A DNA stretch of 63,762 nucleotides, filler included, from Diploschistes diacapsis (Eukaryota), in NCBI GenBank assembly GCA_023645945.1. It is 22 parts of 22 records of this genome, joined end to end, with 100 filler letters (N's around TTAATTAATTAA, not from the genome) between each part and the next. Parts side by side here need not be neighbours in the genome. Positions count along the whole stretch, not along the records: positions 1 to 19,297 come from JALAIB010000376.1; 21 more parts are not named here. One strand, given 5' to 3'. Shown here piece by piece: positions 1-11,237 of this stretch; the first letter of the stretch is position 1; every line of letters begins with the position of its first letter. Made by a program: the position numbers and the translations under genes. The notes beneath the pieces are model-generated. The model made no database searches, had not been told where the DNA came from, and saw only the letters and a list, made by a program, of their open reading frames with translations.

Positions 1-118
1 CTATTAAGGATAAATAATCTAGAACGGTGCATTTATAAAGAAAAAATTGATTAAAGGAATATTTATAAATATAAAAAGCAACTAATGAGCGAGTCGCTCA
101 TATTCTAGTAGGGGAGGA

Positions 119-228
119 TGTGGTTTCACTACGGAATTAAGCCCTAAGTCCGAAAAGACTTGGTAAAATACCTTTTATTTGTAAATCTGTAGCTATACAA
201 TTTAAACACACCATGCAATCGAATCACA
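119..228 (+). mobile_element. 3' LTR (110 bp) of an LTR retrotransposon truncated by the contig start
   Basis: TG...CA ends (TGTGGTTTCAC...GAATCACA), preceded by purine tract AGGGGAGGA (110-118) and AT-rich sequence; second copy at 13626-13733. Confidence 0.75.
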
Positions 229-473
229 CCAGCGTCTGTAGCGTCACACTAATCAGCGCTAACCTTCGTAAAATACCGTACAGCTGCTCTTGCGGGGTAG
301 CCCTATCAACCCAATACTCTTTGGCTCAATTGATGTAGCCACCGCTTTTTCTGTTCATAAGCGATCGCCGCTCTATATATCGGCCCGAAGGGAAAGGCTC
401 ACAACAACCCATGGGTCTGCATCTATCCGCTTCCATTCGAAGTCAGTGCCAGTATTCTAGTTCTAAGCCGTCA

Positions 474-1806
474 ATGGGAGAATCTCTGGATGCTCCAGAC
501 AACCACGGTTCGCTGGTGAACATCGTGGTTTGGTTCACGTTGGTGTTATCCGTCTTGGCTGTCTCGGCTCGTTGTGTCATAAAATGGCTTCTCCAGCGCA
601 GGTTGCACGGCGATGATGCTCTAATAACAATTTCGACGGTCTGTGGACCTTTTTTTGCGGGCGACGAGATACTGACCTTGAGCAAGGTCTTCAGCATCGG
701 ACTGACAGTCTCAGTATCCATCGAGGTCGCAAACGGACTAGGCCAGCACGCTTCAGCTTTGCAGGACAGCGAGCTCGTGTCATATCAAAAGGTCGCAGCT
801 CCCCGTTTGTGCTTGACATTCATCTGATCGTGTGCAGGCTACTTACGCGACGGGGGTCTTGTATGTAGCCACGATATGCACAAGCAGACTCTCCATTCTC
901 CAGCTGATTCGGTCCCTGAGTCCTGGAGGTCTGTTCCGATGGACTCTGCGGGTTTCCGCTGGCCTCACCCTCGTCTGGTCCTTCGTCTCCGTCCTTGTTG
1001 TCCTCTTTCAATGCCACCCGCCGAACTTCTGGCAGTCTCTGAACAATTCGTGTGTCAATGTTTCCGCATTCTGGATTGTCTTTTCTGCAACCAGCTGCGC
1101 CCTAGAAGCTCCCGTCATCATTCTCCCTTTTATCTTAGTCTGGAACCTCCAGATGGCGGGAAAGCATAGATATGCAGTCGTTGGCATCTTTTCTACTCGC
1201 GCACTGTAAGAAAACACGAGCCCTGCATCTTTGTCGCTCGAAAGTGGCTGACATTTTACCAGCGTCATTGCTGCGTTTGTTGCTCAAATAATCCTGCTGT
1301 CTCTGCCCGCTTCCGACGCAGACTCCACCTGGGCCTCTTATCCGATTACCATTTCGCTAGTAGTGACTCAAACTCTCAGCATTATGACCGCTTGCATGGT
1401 ATATCTGCGACCGCTGCTGGAGGCTTTGGATTCTGGCATGATACGGAGCGACGATATCAACCGCCGGTACCGAGCGAACATACCTCTCTCGAATAAAATA
1501 TTCTCCAGCGGCAAAAGCCGCCCGAACAACAGCGTTCGATTTCAAGCTGCTTTCGGGAACTCCGCAGCCAATGCAAGAAGCCTGTCCAGCCAGCGGCCTT
1601 GGTACAAGCGTTACATGACCGCTGGGCCGGGGCCCGGTGACTCGCTTATGGGTACGCAGGTCGGGACATCTAGGCCCGAAAGAGATGCGGATCGAAATAG
1701 CCAAGGGAGTCAGTCACGCCTCATCCATCAAACAGTTGAATGGACCGTGAGCAGATCGCCGCCGGATCGGCATGGAAATGAGCAAGGGGTCGCGATCAGA
1801 CTCTAG
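474..1806 (+). CDS. PTH11-like (fungal rhodopsin-domain) integral membrane protein, no CFEM domain
   Basis: Spliced from ORFs 411, 832 and 1363; introns about 639-686, 792-837, 1206-1262; hydrophobic helices, DDxLI, FQCxP..W...C, ACMVYLRPLLEAL motifs. Confidence 0.8.
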
Positions 1807-2625
1807 ATAATATTGCAAAGACTTTCGAGATTTGCTTTGAATGGGCCTGAGATATTGTCTAGCGAATCTCATAAACGGAGATCCGAAGGCTGGGTTACTT
1901 CTCCCTTAGGCACTGGGGGCGATATACCCCATGACTCCAGAACTTTAGCACTGCATCTTGAGCGAGGATAAAGTGAGAGTTCAGTGAGAAAAGATTAAGA
2001 TATTCTGAAGCCATCCATCATGCCATCCACGGAGGCAATATGTGGCTGACAGTGGTAGGTCATGGACGGCGCGTTTGCTCAACTCGAGATAACTGCAAAG
2101 AGTAACGTTCTCACCTTCTAGAGGGGTGCGTAGGTTGCTCTGGTTTCCGGGAGCGCCCGCTCATACTAATGCAAGAAGTCGTTTTTAAGTTGACGGGAGG
2201 ACGGGAAAGGCGCAGTCATTCCGACGCTTAGTACTTAGTTCTTAACAGCCAATACTTTGGCAGAAGCCTTTCTCCTTTCCAATCTGGAGAAGAGTGCGCG
2301 GGGTAGCAACATCTGCTCTAGTCATAGTGGTGTGTATCATTCTTGCTCAGCTCCACAGTCATGGGCTCGCTCAGCACAGCGGAACATGGCGGAAGGCTGT
2401 TATTTTCCAGCACAATCCTCTTTGTTTTCTAACGTGTGGAGAGTCGGTCCCGATTCACTTCATATTTTCGCTGAATAGAGGCCTGCTCTAGAGTCCTTTT
2501 TCTTGCTTTCGCAGTAGACTTTCGAAAAGAGATACCTTAGCGCCATGGAAACACTCAGAGACAAGCCATCGATCTTGAACCTTCGTGAGTTCTCCTAGCT
2601 TTTCTACCCTTGACCGCTCAAGCTT

Positions 2626-4079
2626 ATGACCTTAGACTCTGGGCGAAGCACGACCTGCGCGCAAGATATCAACCAAGACGAAAGCACCAAGGGGACTGCC
2701 TCCCCTTCCTCAACAGACCCCCCCAGCAACGCCAACAACGATGAGGACATCGACGGCGGTCTCCTCGCCTGGAGCCAAGTTCTAGCAGGCCACCTGGTAG
2801 CCTTCAACGCATGGGGCTACATAACCTCATACGGGCTGTTCCAAGCCTACTACACCGCAACCCTCGGCCAAACACCCTCCAACATCTCCTGGATTGGATC
2901 GATGCAGATATTCCTGACCTTCGCTCTAAGCACATTCTCCGGTCACGCACACGACACGGGCCACTACTTCCCCATCGTGGTCGCAGGGCTTGCCTTGCAA
3001 ATTCTTGCCATTTTCGTCACAGCCCAATGCACGACCTACTGGCAGCTACTGCTCGCCCAGGGCATCTGCCAGGGTATCGGCAACGGCCTCGCCTTCTGTC
3101 CCACCGTCAGTCTCGTGTCCTCGTATTTCGTCCGCAAGCGAGCGATGGCTATCGCCGGCATGGCGTCTGGCATGAGCACAGGCGGCATCGTGTTTCCGCT
3201 CATCGCGCAGCAGCTGCTTCCTTCGCTGGGCTTTGCCTGGACGATTCGAGTCATGGGCTTTGTGATTCTGGCCAATTCTGTGGCTATTCTGCTACTGGTG
3301 CGACCGCGGCCGGTGAGGGGACCGGTGGAGGGCAGCATCATCATCCTGGCTGCGTTGCGAGAGCCGAGTTATGTTCTCTTTGGCGTCGGGATGCTAATGG
3401 CTGTGATGGGGATGTATTTCGCTTACTACTATGTGCGTCTTGCCACTTTGCTTTCCCTTTTACTCTTTTTTTTCTTTCTTTCTCCGTTGAGCTCATCAAC
3501 TGCTTCCGGGAATTACTTACTGATCAGACCCTATCTTTCGCCGCACACTGACGACGGCATCAGGTAACCCCTTTCGCGCAGGACATCATCCATTCCGACG
3601 CCACAACCTCGCTCAGCCTCCTGCTTGCCGCAAATGCAATCGGCCTTCCAGGCCGCATCGTCCCCGCCTTTCTAGCCGATCGGTTCCTCGGACCAACCAA
3701 CGTGCTCATTCTCGTCATCGCCATCTCCGGCATACTCAACTTCTGCTGGGCCGCTGTGGACTCGTTGTCGGGAACTTGGGCCTTCGCCGTCGTGTGCGGC
3801 TTCTTCGGTGCTAGCGTCCAAAGCATGTTTCCGCCGGCGCTGGCCAGCCTGACCGCAGACAAGAGGCAGGTGCACGGTCGCGTGAGCCTCATGTTCTCGA
3901 TCATCAGCTTCGGCACGCTGTGTGGAGCGCCGATTGCCGGGGCTTTGATTCAGAGGGATGGAGGGAGCTATCTCTATGCGCAGGTTTTTGTTGGGTGCAT
4001 TATGCTTTGTGCGGCTGTTTTGTTGGGTGGGGCGAAGGGGGTGAGGTTTGGTGAGAAGGGGGCTTGGGGAAGGAGCTAG
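2626..4079 (+). CDS. MFS monocarboxylate-porter-like transporter (MCH family)
   Basis: DGGLLAWSQV...WGYITSYGLFQAYY...SNISWIGS, YFVRKRAMA motifs; intron 3433-3563 joins ORF 2626 to the frame of ORF 3702. Confidence 0.88.
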
Positions 4080-6255
4080 GTGGGCATATGGGAATGCGGA
4101 GGGGACATGTAAGATACCTTGCCGCGCTTTTGGGCTTTCGGCGCGCAATGGCGGTACTGTATGATATCATATAGACGTCAAGGCGCTCGACATAGAAAGC
4201 GCTTGTTAAGAATGAGCTTCCTTCCGATGGATCAGACCTCGGTGGCTATCTTTGTTTCAGCGAGAACTAAAGCTCGGACCTCAATACTTTCTCTAGGCGG
4301 TGCATCTTTTGGAACATCCCTTTACCGAAACGACGAATGAGGGCAACCTGGCCGCAACAAAAGCCGTCAGCCTGGTAAACCGCTGCAATACGTAGAGAAG
4401 GTGAGACGCAGCATCAAAGAGTTGTTCACCTGCGTGAACAAAATTGCCGAGGGCAGGAAGGATAGGAATGGGGACTTGCACCTCGCTTCCCCCGCCATCA
4501 GCTGAGTTGATGGTGCATGCACCAGGCCGGACCTGGACGGTGCGTGCGTCGCAGATGGCCAGCGGTTATAGAACCGTGCTGCGGAGTGGGCGCCAGATGC
4601 TGCCTTTGTTAGCAAACGCTTGCTCGAGCCAGGCTTTGCGGAGAAGGGCGATGGGGGTTAGTGTACGAGCCCGCCCAGGATCAAGACATGGGGATGAGCA
4701 TTCGTTCGTTTCGCCTCGCTTGCGGTCTTCCAGTCGTTTCTTTGCCAGCATGTAACGGTGTGAAGTGAGTCTGCGCACTTGATGATGCGGAAACGGCTGA
4801 GGAGCGTCAAATCGCCATCGTTCGACCGAGCTGATCTTTCAGGCAATTGGCAGCTCCGACTGGTGACTGATGTATTCCGTACATTTCATTCGTATAGCTG
4901 TTTGTCGGGACTTTCTACGGCTTTTCGGCTTTTCGACCCTAAGGACTTGAGATTAGCGTTCACATAGCTGACTTGCATACATGCCCGCCAATCAAAGAAG
5001 AAGAAGATCTTATCCCGCTCCCGGCACCTCCTTCTGTGGGTTCTCCCAGTGCCGGCAGATAGTGTGTCTCGACTAGATTCGGGTCTAATGTCTGGCATAT
5101 GCAGTCCCGCTCAGCTCAGATGTGCAGCCAACATTCGATCTTTCGAACCCGCATGACTGGCTGCAGGGTTTTCTGCGGTGAAAACTTGCGAAGTACTAGC
5201 ATGAGGGCCAGCCTATAAGAGAGATAGAACAAGAATAACGGAAAAAGGAGCTCAGAATGCCTATAAAAAGGACTTCTTATCGCACCGATTCCAACTGTCT
5301 TGGGCACATCGAACTATCTTTCAAGCTATTCCACTTTGCCATCCAATTCTGAGACTAAGCTCCAACACCACCCACCTCTATCAATCAAAAATGCCCGGGC
5401 CCAACCAACAAAACTATCTTCAATCCGTCCTTGCCGGCGCTGGCAAAGACAACCGCCAACAGCCGTGGAAGAACCTGGCTGCTGTCCAAGAGCCAGCCGA
5501 GGAACCTAAGAACGAGCTTATCCCCGTCAACCCAGCCTGCAACGTCCAGAGCTTGCTATTCGATTAGGTGCGATGTGTAATGAATAGATTCTAGGCGGAA
5601 GGAAGGACTGAAGGTGCCGCCAGAGCAGCTGCCAGATAAAGCCCCCGTAGCTAAAGGCATTTGGATTTCCGGATGGGGAATAGCGGTCGCGATATATTCG
5701 TTTTGGATACCTCGGACAGACGGAAGATGCATACTTTAGCTAGGACACCCCATGCACATAAGTTACTGCATGTGCTTGGAATCAATATCAATTGTCCCCC
5801 TGCGCTGTGCCCTATCAGTAACAACAGTGCCGAGGGGGCGTAATGGGAGCACGCCGCAGCATAGATTCGACTGTATTCCACTTTCTAGGAGTACATTGGA
5901 ACCATGCTGGAGTGATTTGAATATAGGAGGCGCTATTTGGCTGTCAGATTATGTCAGATTACGATACAGCCACGGCTCTTTAGTATTTTGGACCATGGTA
6001 CCAACACGGGTCTTGATATAAGGTATTTTACACCCAACTTGGTAACACTCATCAAGTCTAACAGCATTGCTTGAAAAGGCCAGGGCGGATGCGGAGAGAC
6101 GGAGCCCTGTTGCCTGTGCCCACCACCACCACCACCACCTGACCTCTTTTGCCCGTGACAGCGAAGTCACACTACGCGCCGGGCACAACAACAGAATGCT
6201 TTAAAATGAAAATTTCATTCACCAAAAGCCTCCCCCGGACCATCGCGCTCTCATC

Positions 6256-6900
6256 ATGCCAGAAAGGCCTTCATTCCAGCTCTGCGGAGTCTACGACGGC
6301 TCATACCCAGCCACGCGCTGGCTCAAGAAATTCGAGCATGAAACCCACGACTGCCACGATGCGCCATTCTGCCTCCAGAGCCTAGACATGCTGCTCAACG
6401 ACGACGCCGCCGACTGGGCCGAATGCAACATCGAATGGCAGCGCTTGCTCACAACGCCCAGTCAAGCTTCTCTGGACAAAGCCAAGGAGCTTCTCTGCAC
6501 CCAATTCCCTGCTTTCATGGGCAAGTTCCCAGAACTCCGTCGAGAACTCGCCGGCCTGCAACAGAACGGCCTCTCGAACGCAGAGTACTATCATAGGGCC
6601 CTCGACATTCTGCGACAGGCTGCAGGCCACGATCGAGTACAGGGAAACCTGGCCTTGCCACCTATCGAGCATGTTCTGCTGAGTGCTGTCATCTCAGCTT
6701 ATGTACGGGGTCTTCCCCATGGATTACGACCGGTGGTGGCTGGGCACGTGGACTCATCCCATGTACCTTTGGCCCAGCTACATGATTGGGTCGATCTGGA
6801 GAGTTCCACACGGCAGGATCGTCTCCATTCAGAGGTGGTTCCACGTCAGTTGTTGCCGCTAGGGTGTCCGGAGTTTTTTCCTCTTCCCATGTCGAACTAG
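6256..6900 (+). CDS. Solitary retrotransposon Gag capsid-like protein (214 aa)
   Basis: Intronless ORF; YDGSxPAxRWL, LLxxDAxxWA, LxQxxxSxxEYYxR and YVxGLPxxLR motifs resemble Ty3/Gypsy capsid; no pol or LTR seen nearby. Confidence 0.6.
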   Translation: MPERPSFQLCGVYDGSYPATRWLKKFEHETHDCHDAPFCLQSLDMLLNDDAADWAECNIEWQRLLTTPSQASLDKAKELLCTQFPAFMGKFPELRRELAGLQQNGLSNAEYYHRALDILRQAAGHDRVQGNLALPPIEHVLLSAVISAYVRGLPHGLRPVVAGHVDSSHVPLAQLHDWVDLESSTRQDRLHSEVVPRQLLPLGCPEFFPLPMSN

Positions 6901-7456
6901 CTGGTCGTTATAGCACAATAGCTCTAGCGCTGGTCGGACTATATGAATGGACCAAGATCTTGGAATGTTCCATATCCCTGAGTGCTCAGATTGCAAGTGG
7001 TTGCAATTCTGGTCTGTCACACTTGCCAGCAATTTTGAATGACCGAGGCAAGTAAGCTGGATGGCTCAGCTGTAATGTGATAGTTTGTTATGGGTAGGGT
7101 TTGGACATCGCTCAATGATGGGGTACATCTGAGAACTTGCTTTGAAGATGAAATACCCAGGAAGGATCGGACGAACAGCCACCTTTGCTTACTAACCCCA
7201 AGTTCAAAGTTTCTTCCAAAATAAGCATTGTCGCGTAATCCTCCCTACGATGTCGATACCTCGATGTAAAGGTTAGGACGCTTTGACTGAAGCGAAATCA
7301 GGCCCGCGATCCTTCATAACTTACCACATCGAGGAAGCTAGCTAGCCACGTCATTTAATTTATGAAGACTCGCTGCCCGCTATATCCGAGATGCGAAAGG
7401 GTGATTTTACTTGTCAACTCTGTACTCAGAGCTACAGCAATGCTTTCAGCTACACC

Positions 7457-8266
7457 TCATAGTCCGACCTCCCAAGGCTTCACAGAAAAACCCTCAATAT
7501 ATGGCCCATCCTTGGGCCTCCACATGATCCACTCATCCAGATCCGACCACTCCCGCTCGCACTTCTTCCACGCCTCATCCGGATCCTCCGTGACAGGTTT
7601 CAGCCGATTATGCTGTACGACGGTGAATCCAAAAAGCTCGTACACCGGCTTCCCGTAACGGAAGGCATCGAGCCACATTTCCACGCCCATCTCGGCCGCT
7701 TTCTTGACTCCCCATTCAAGGATCAGCCGAGCGCCACCCCGGCCCTGATAACTCGGGTGCATGAAAATGATGTTCAGGACTGATTGGCATTAACGCCCAT
7801 CCGATTTACCCCAAGCAAAAAGGAAGCATGATCAAACATGAGAAGCAAACTCACAAACGTGGCCCCTCCTTGCCCACTTTTCCCTAACAGCCTCATGCTG
7901 CGCGACCGCTTGGCTAGCAAACTCCCTCTGTCCACCCTCAGGATGCCAGTAAGCCGTGTGGTGCTCGGGTTCCTCGTATGGATTCTTCGTATTGAGCTTC
8001 CATAGCGCCGCGCCTGCGACCTCACCGGGTCGTTCTGTGTCAACGACTTTCTGCCAATAACTACTAGGATCAGACACGTGCCATTCCCAGAAGCGATCGG
8101 TGCATTCCTTCAGAGCGGAGGCGCGGTCTCCTGCCACCGCGCCCACGGGGTTCATGGGGCAGAAAAGCCTGAATAGGTGTTGTTCGGGATTCTCGAAGGC
8201 GTCCCAGAGACAGGCCATTACGGGTGGGAAGTCCGAGGCGACGACGTCTTGGAGGATGAGGGGCAT
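7457..8266 (-). CDS. GNAT family acetyltransferase
   Basis: Exon 1 MPLILQDVV...GAALWK; intron 7780-7854; exon 2 FMHPSYQGRGGARLILEWG...GKPVYELFGF (acetyl-CoA-binding motif). Confidence 0.85.
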
Positions 8267-8377
8267 GCTGAAGCGAGAGTATTGACACCGTCTATGAAAA
8301 GATGGGTAGGGAAATGCATTTCTAAAGTACAAGCTGTCAAATGGGAGCTTAGTCATATGTTAATCGTAACTAGGTTA

Positions 8378-8586
8378 ACGTCTTTCCCCAGGAAACGGAA
8401 CACCCCACGAAGCGGAACACTACATTATAATGTAATTACGCTAGATAGTTCTAAGCGAGCTTTTGAGCCCCACAACCACACATAAAATTATTTGTACGAA
8501 ACTAAATCTATTTTCAACTACATTATACGAAGGTGCAGGGATTGTATTCCGCTTCGTTGGGTGTTCCGTTTCCTGGGGAAAGACGT
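8378..8586. mobile_element. 209-bp MITE, Fot1/pogo (Tc1-mariner) type
   Basis: About 43-bp TIRs starting ACGTCTTTCCCCAGGAAACGGAACACC (2 mismatches), TA on both flanks, no ORF. Confidence 0.85.
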
Positions 8587-8890
8587 TAAGTTAAAAAGAT
8601 TAACCTCCATATTATAATATTAAATAATCCACCTCCCATTAATTCGTTACTCTGCGGCGGCGAGGGTGTTGTTGTCTTACTTACCTTACGCCGGCTCCCT
8701 AAGAGGCACCCGAGGCTTATTTACCTGAGACCCCCCGGGAGCTCAGCCAAGTGTCACCTAAATCGCGCGACCTTAGGGCGGCCGTCACCCTAGTCCGTAA
8801 GAGGGCATCGGCAAGCTTGGGGAACTCTTCCCTGCTTCATCATCGTCGGTCCGCCTTTTGAGCTCTTTCTCCTAATGCTTGCTTGGATCA

Positions 8891-10487
8891 ATGTCGAACA
8901 CACACGGGGTACCAAACCCTCTGAGACCCTATCACATACCTCAACCGACTGTTCATCAACCTATAGATATATCTTCAAACCCAAGCATTCCCCCCTCTGC
9001 TGGCCGACCTCCCAAACCGGCACAGCCGGCGGAACATGGCTTGGGCTCCTCCGCCCGCGAAATGCTCTCGGAACTCGACTATTCGGAATATCTTTTAGAC
9101 GCATCACCCTCGGTGCTCGAGGTAGTCAAAGGGCTACTAGATCAGGGGTTATGGAAGTACACCAGCGTACTTATGGCGCAACCGTTTGACCTCGCTAAGG
9201 TTGTACTGCAAGTGCAAGATGCGGGTGATGTGAATGATGAAGAGGAGGAAAGTGAGAAGCCAAGGAGCAACGCAACCTCGCGCACAAAGCCCTACGACGT
9301 GAGCTCGGAGCATTTCCACAATACATTGTTGAAGCTAAGCTTTGTAGCTACCCTCTGACGATTCGGACGATGACTCCCAATCCTACTTCACATCTACCGC
9401 ACCCAGACCTAACCCTTCTCGCCGTGCTCGACGGCAATACACATCGTCTCGCTCTACCTCCCCTTCGACTCCTCGATCAAGACGCGGCGCCCGCTCACCT
9501 CAGCCCCAAAATCAAGCCTATGCAAAAGTGCCACTGTCAACGTCGTCCATTACCGCGGTTCTCTCCAGATTATGGAGAGAAGAGGGTGCCTGGGGAGTTT
9601 GGAAAGGAACAAACAGCACATTTTGGCACAGTGTTCTATTCTCGACTATATCCTCGTTCTTGAGATCGTTCCTCTGCGCGATTCTGGCTCTGCCCGATCC
9701 AGCGCATGCAACTGTTGCCTCATTTCCCTCGCCATCCTCTCTCGCTCGACTTGACTTGTTTTCTTCGCCGTCTCCCCTGCTCTCTCTACTTGTCTCTGTT
9801 TCAGCTGCTGGGATAGCTGGGTTGGCTCTAGCGCCACTGGATATTGCGAGAACCAAACTATTATTAACGCCTTCAACAAATGGTCCTCGTTCGATCCTGC
9901 CCACGATAAGGTCTATTGGCTCATGGGTGCTGCCGCTATCGATTGCTCCTGTGACCTTTCTACATTCTATCCTTCCTACCTTAATATTGGCTTCAACTCC
10001 TCTGGTTCTCCGATCTCGGTTAGGGATCGATCCGCTTACTACACCTACTGCGTGCACCGCCGTCGCCTTCTTCTCCCAGGCTGCCGAACTTGGAATCCGA
10101 CTACCAATCGAGACTGTACTACGGAGGGGCCAGATGGCCATTGCCAAGGACACGTCCCCGCCCTCGACGCCGCGTTCATCGAGATCGGCATCGAGTTCGC
10201 TGCAAACTACCGTGAAACTGGGGAGATACAAGGGTCTGTTCGGAACCATGTATCACATCGTCAATCAAGAAGGCAGTAGGAAAGTGTCTTTGTCGGCGAG
10301 CAGCTTAGCTCGAAGCACGGGGGCTGCGTCAACAGCCAAGCCTCAGCCAACCAAAGGACAGCGAAGGAAAGGCCAGGGTCTGGAAGGACTTTGGCGAGGA
10401 TGGAGGGTCGGCGCCTGGGGTCTTCTTGGGATTTGGGGCGCTGGCTTGGTGGGTAGTGGTCCGGGCGGTGGAGGAAGCGAATTTTGA
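8891..10487 (+). CDS. UGO1: Mitochondrial outer-membrane fusion protein Ugo1 (carrier-like)
   Basis: N-terminal PNPLRPY, QPFDLAKVVLQV, EGAWGVWKGTN, APLDIARTKL, LPIETVLRRGQ, GLEGLWRGWRVG; intron 9299-9347. Confidence 0.88.
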
Positions 10488-11237
10488 GAATTCGGACTTG
10501 TGCGGCTCGACGAATAATGATTCTGGCGACAGGCGTCTGACTGGATGGGGGGTTTTTTTTTTGAACTAGAAAGAAGGCATTCTTCAGCACCTTGGCTGGC
10601 ACGGCTGCGGTCATCTCTGCATTAAGTTAATAGGAGATTAGTGGTGGGTCACCTGTATATAGCATAGCCTCCTCTCTCTGGCTAGAACAAAGACACAGCT
10701 TACTTGTATATAGGACTGTACAATACATGTTTCTTTTGGTAGCCTTCGTGGCACTTGGCTCGGTGGTAGCGAAGCCATCAAGCGTTCGGTGGTATGTGGA
10801 GCTCGTTGTGGAACCGCCCAGGCACTACCCGCGTTTCCTGATAGGCCGCAACGGGAAGGTTTGGCGGCTCGCTGCGGCCGAATCTAGTATGGGCTAAATA
10901 CTCTATTATCCTTGGCACGCGTTGTCAACGGCAGCACGGTTTCGGATGCGGGGGTACGGCCAACCTCCCCGCAAAAGGGGCTCCAGCAAGATGATCCGGG
11001 ATGATGAGGTCTAGAAAGCAAATCTCGCAGAATGCTCCAATCCCATGCCCCGGTCTGGTTTAGCTCTGCTTAAGTGCTACGCGGATCTTGTGTGGGATGG
11101 AAGGGGTCCAGGATGATGCGGGGGCTGTCACAGGTCTTATATCAAGTGCCACTGCACCGATCTCCTGTATCATAAGTGCACAATAATAGCTATTGCAATC
11201 CAAGCTTTGCAGGCAATACAAATTAACCCACAACACA

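Noticed and set aside
4330..4660. Possible decayed reading frame downstream of the MFS gene
   Set aside because: Several stops and no recognisable family
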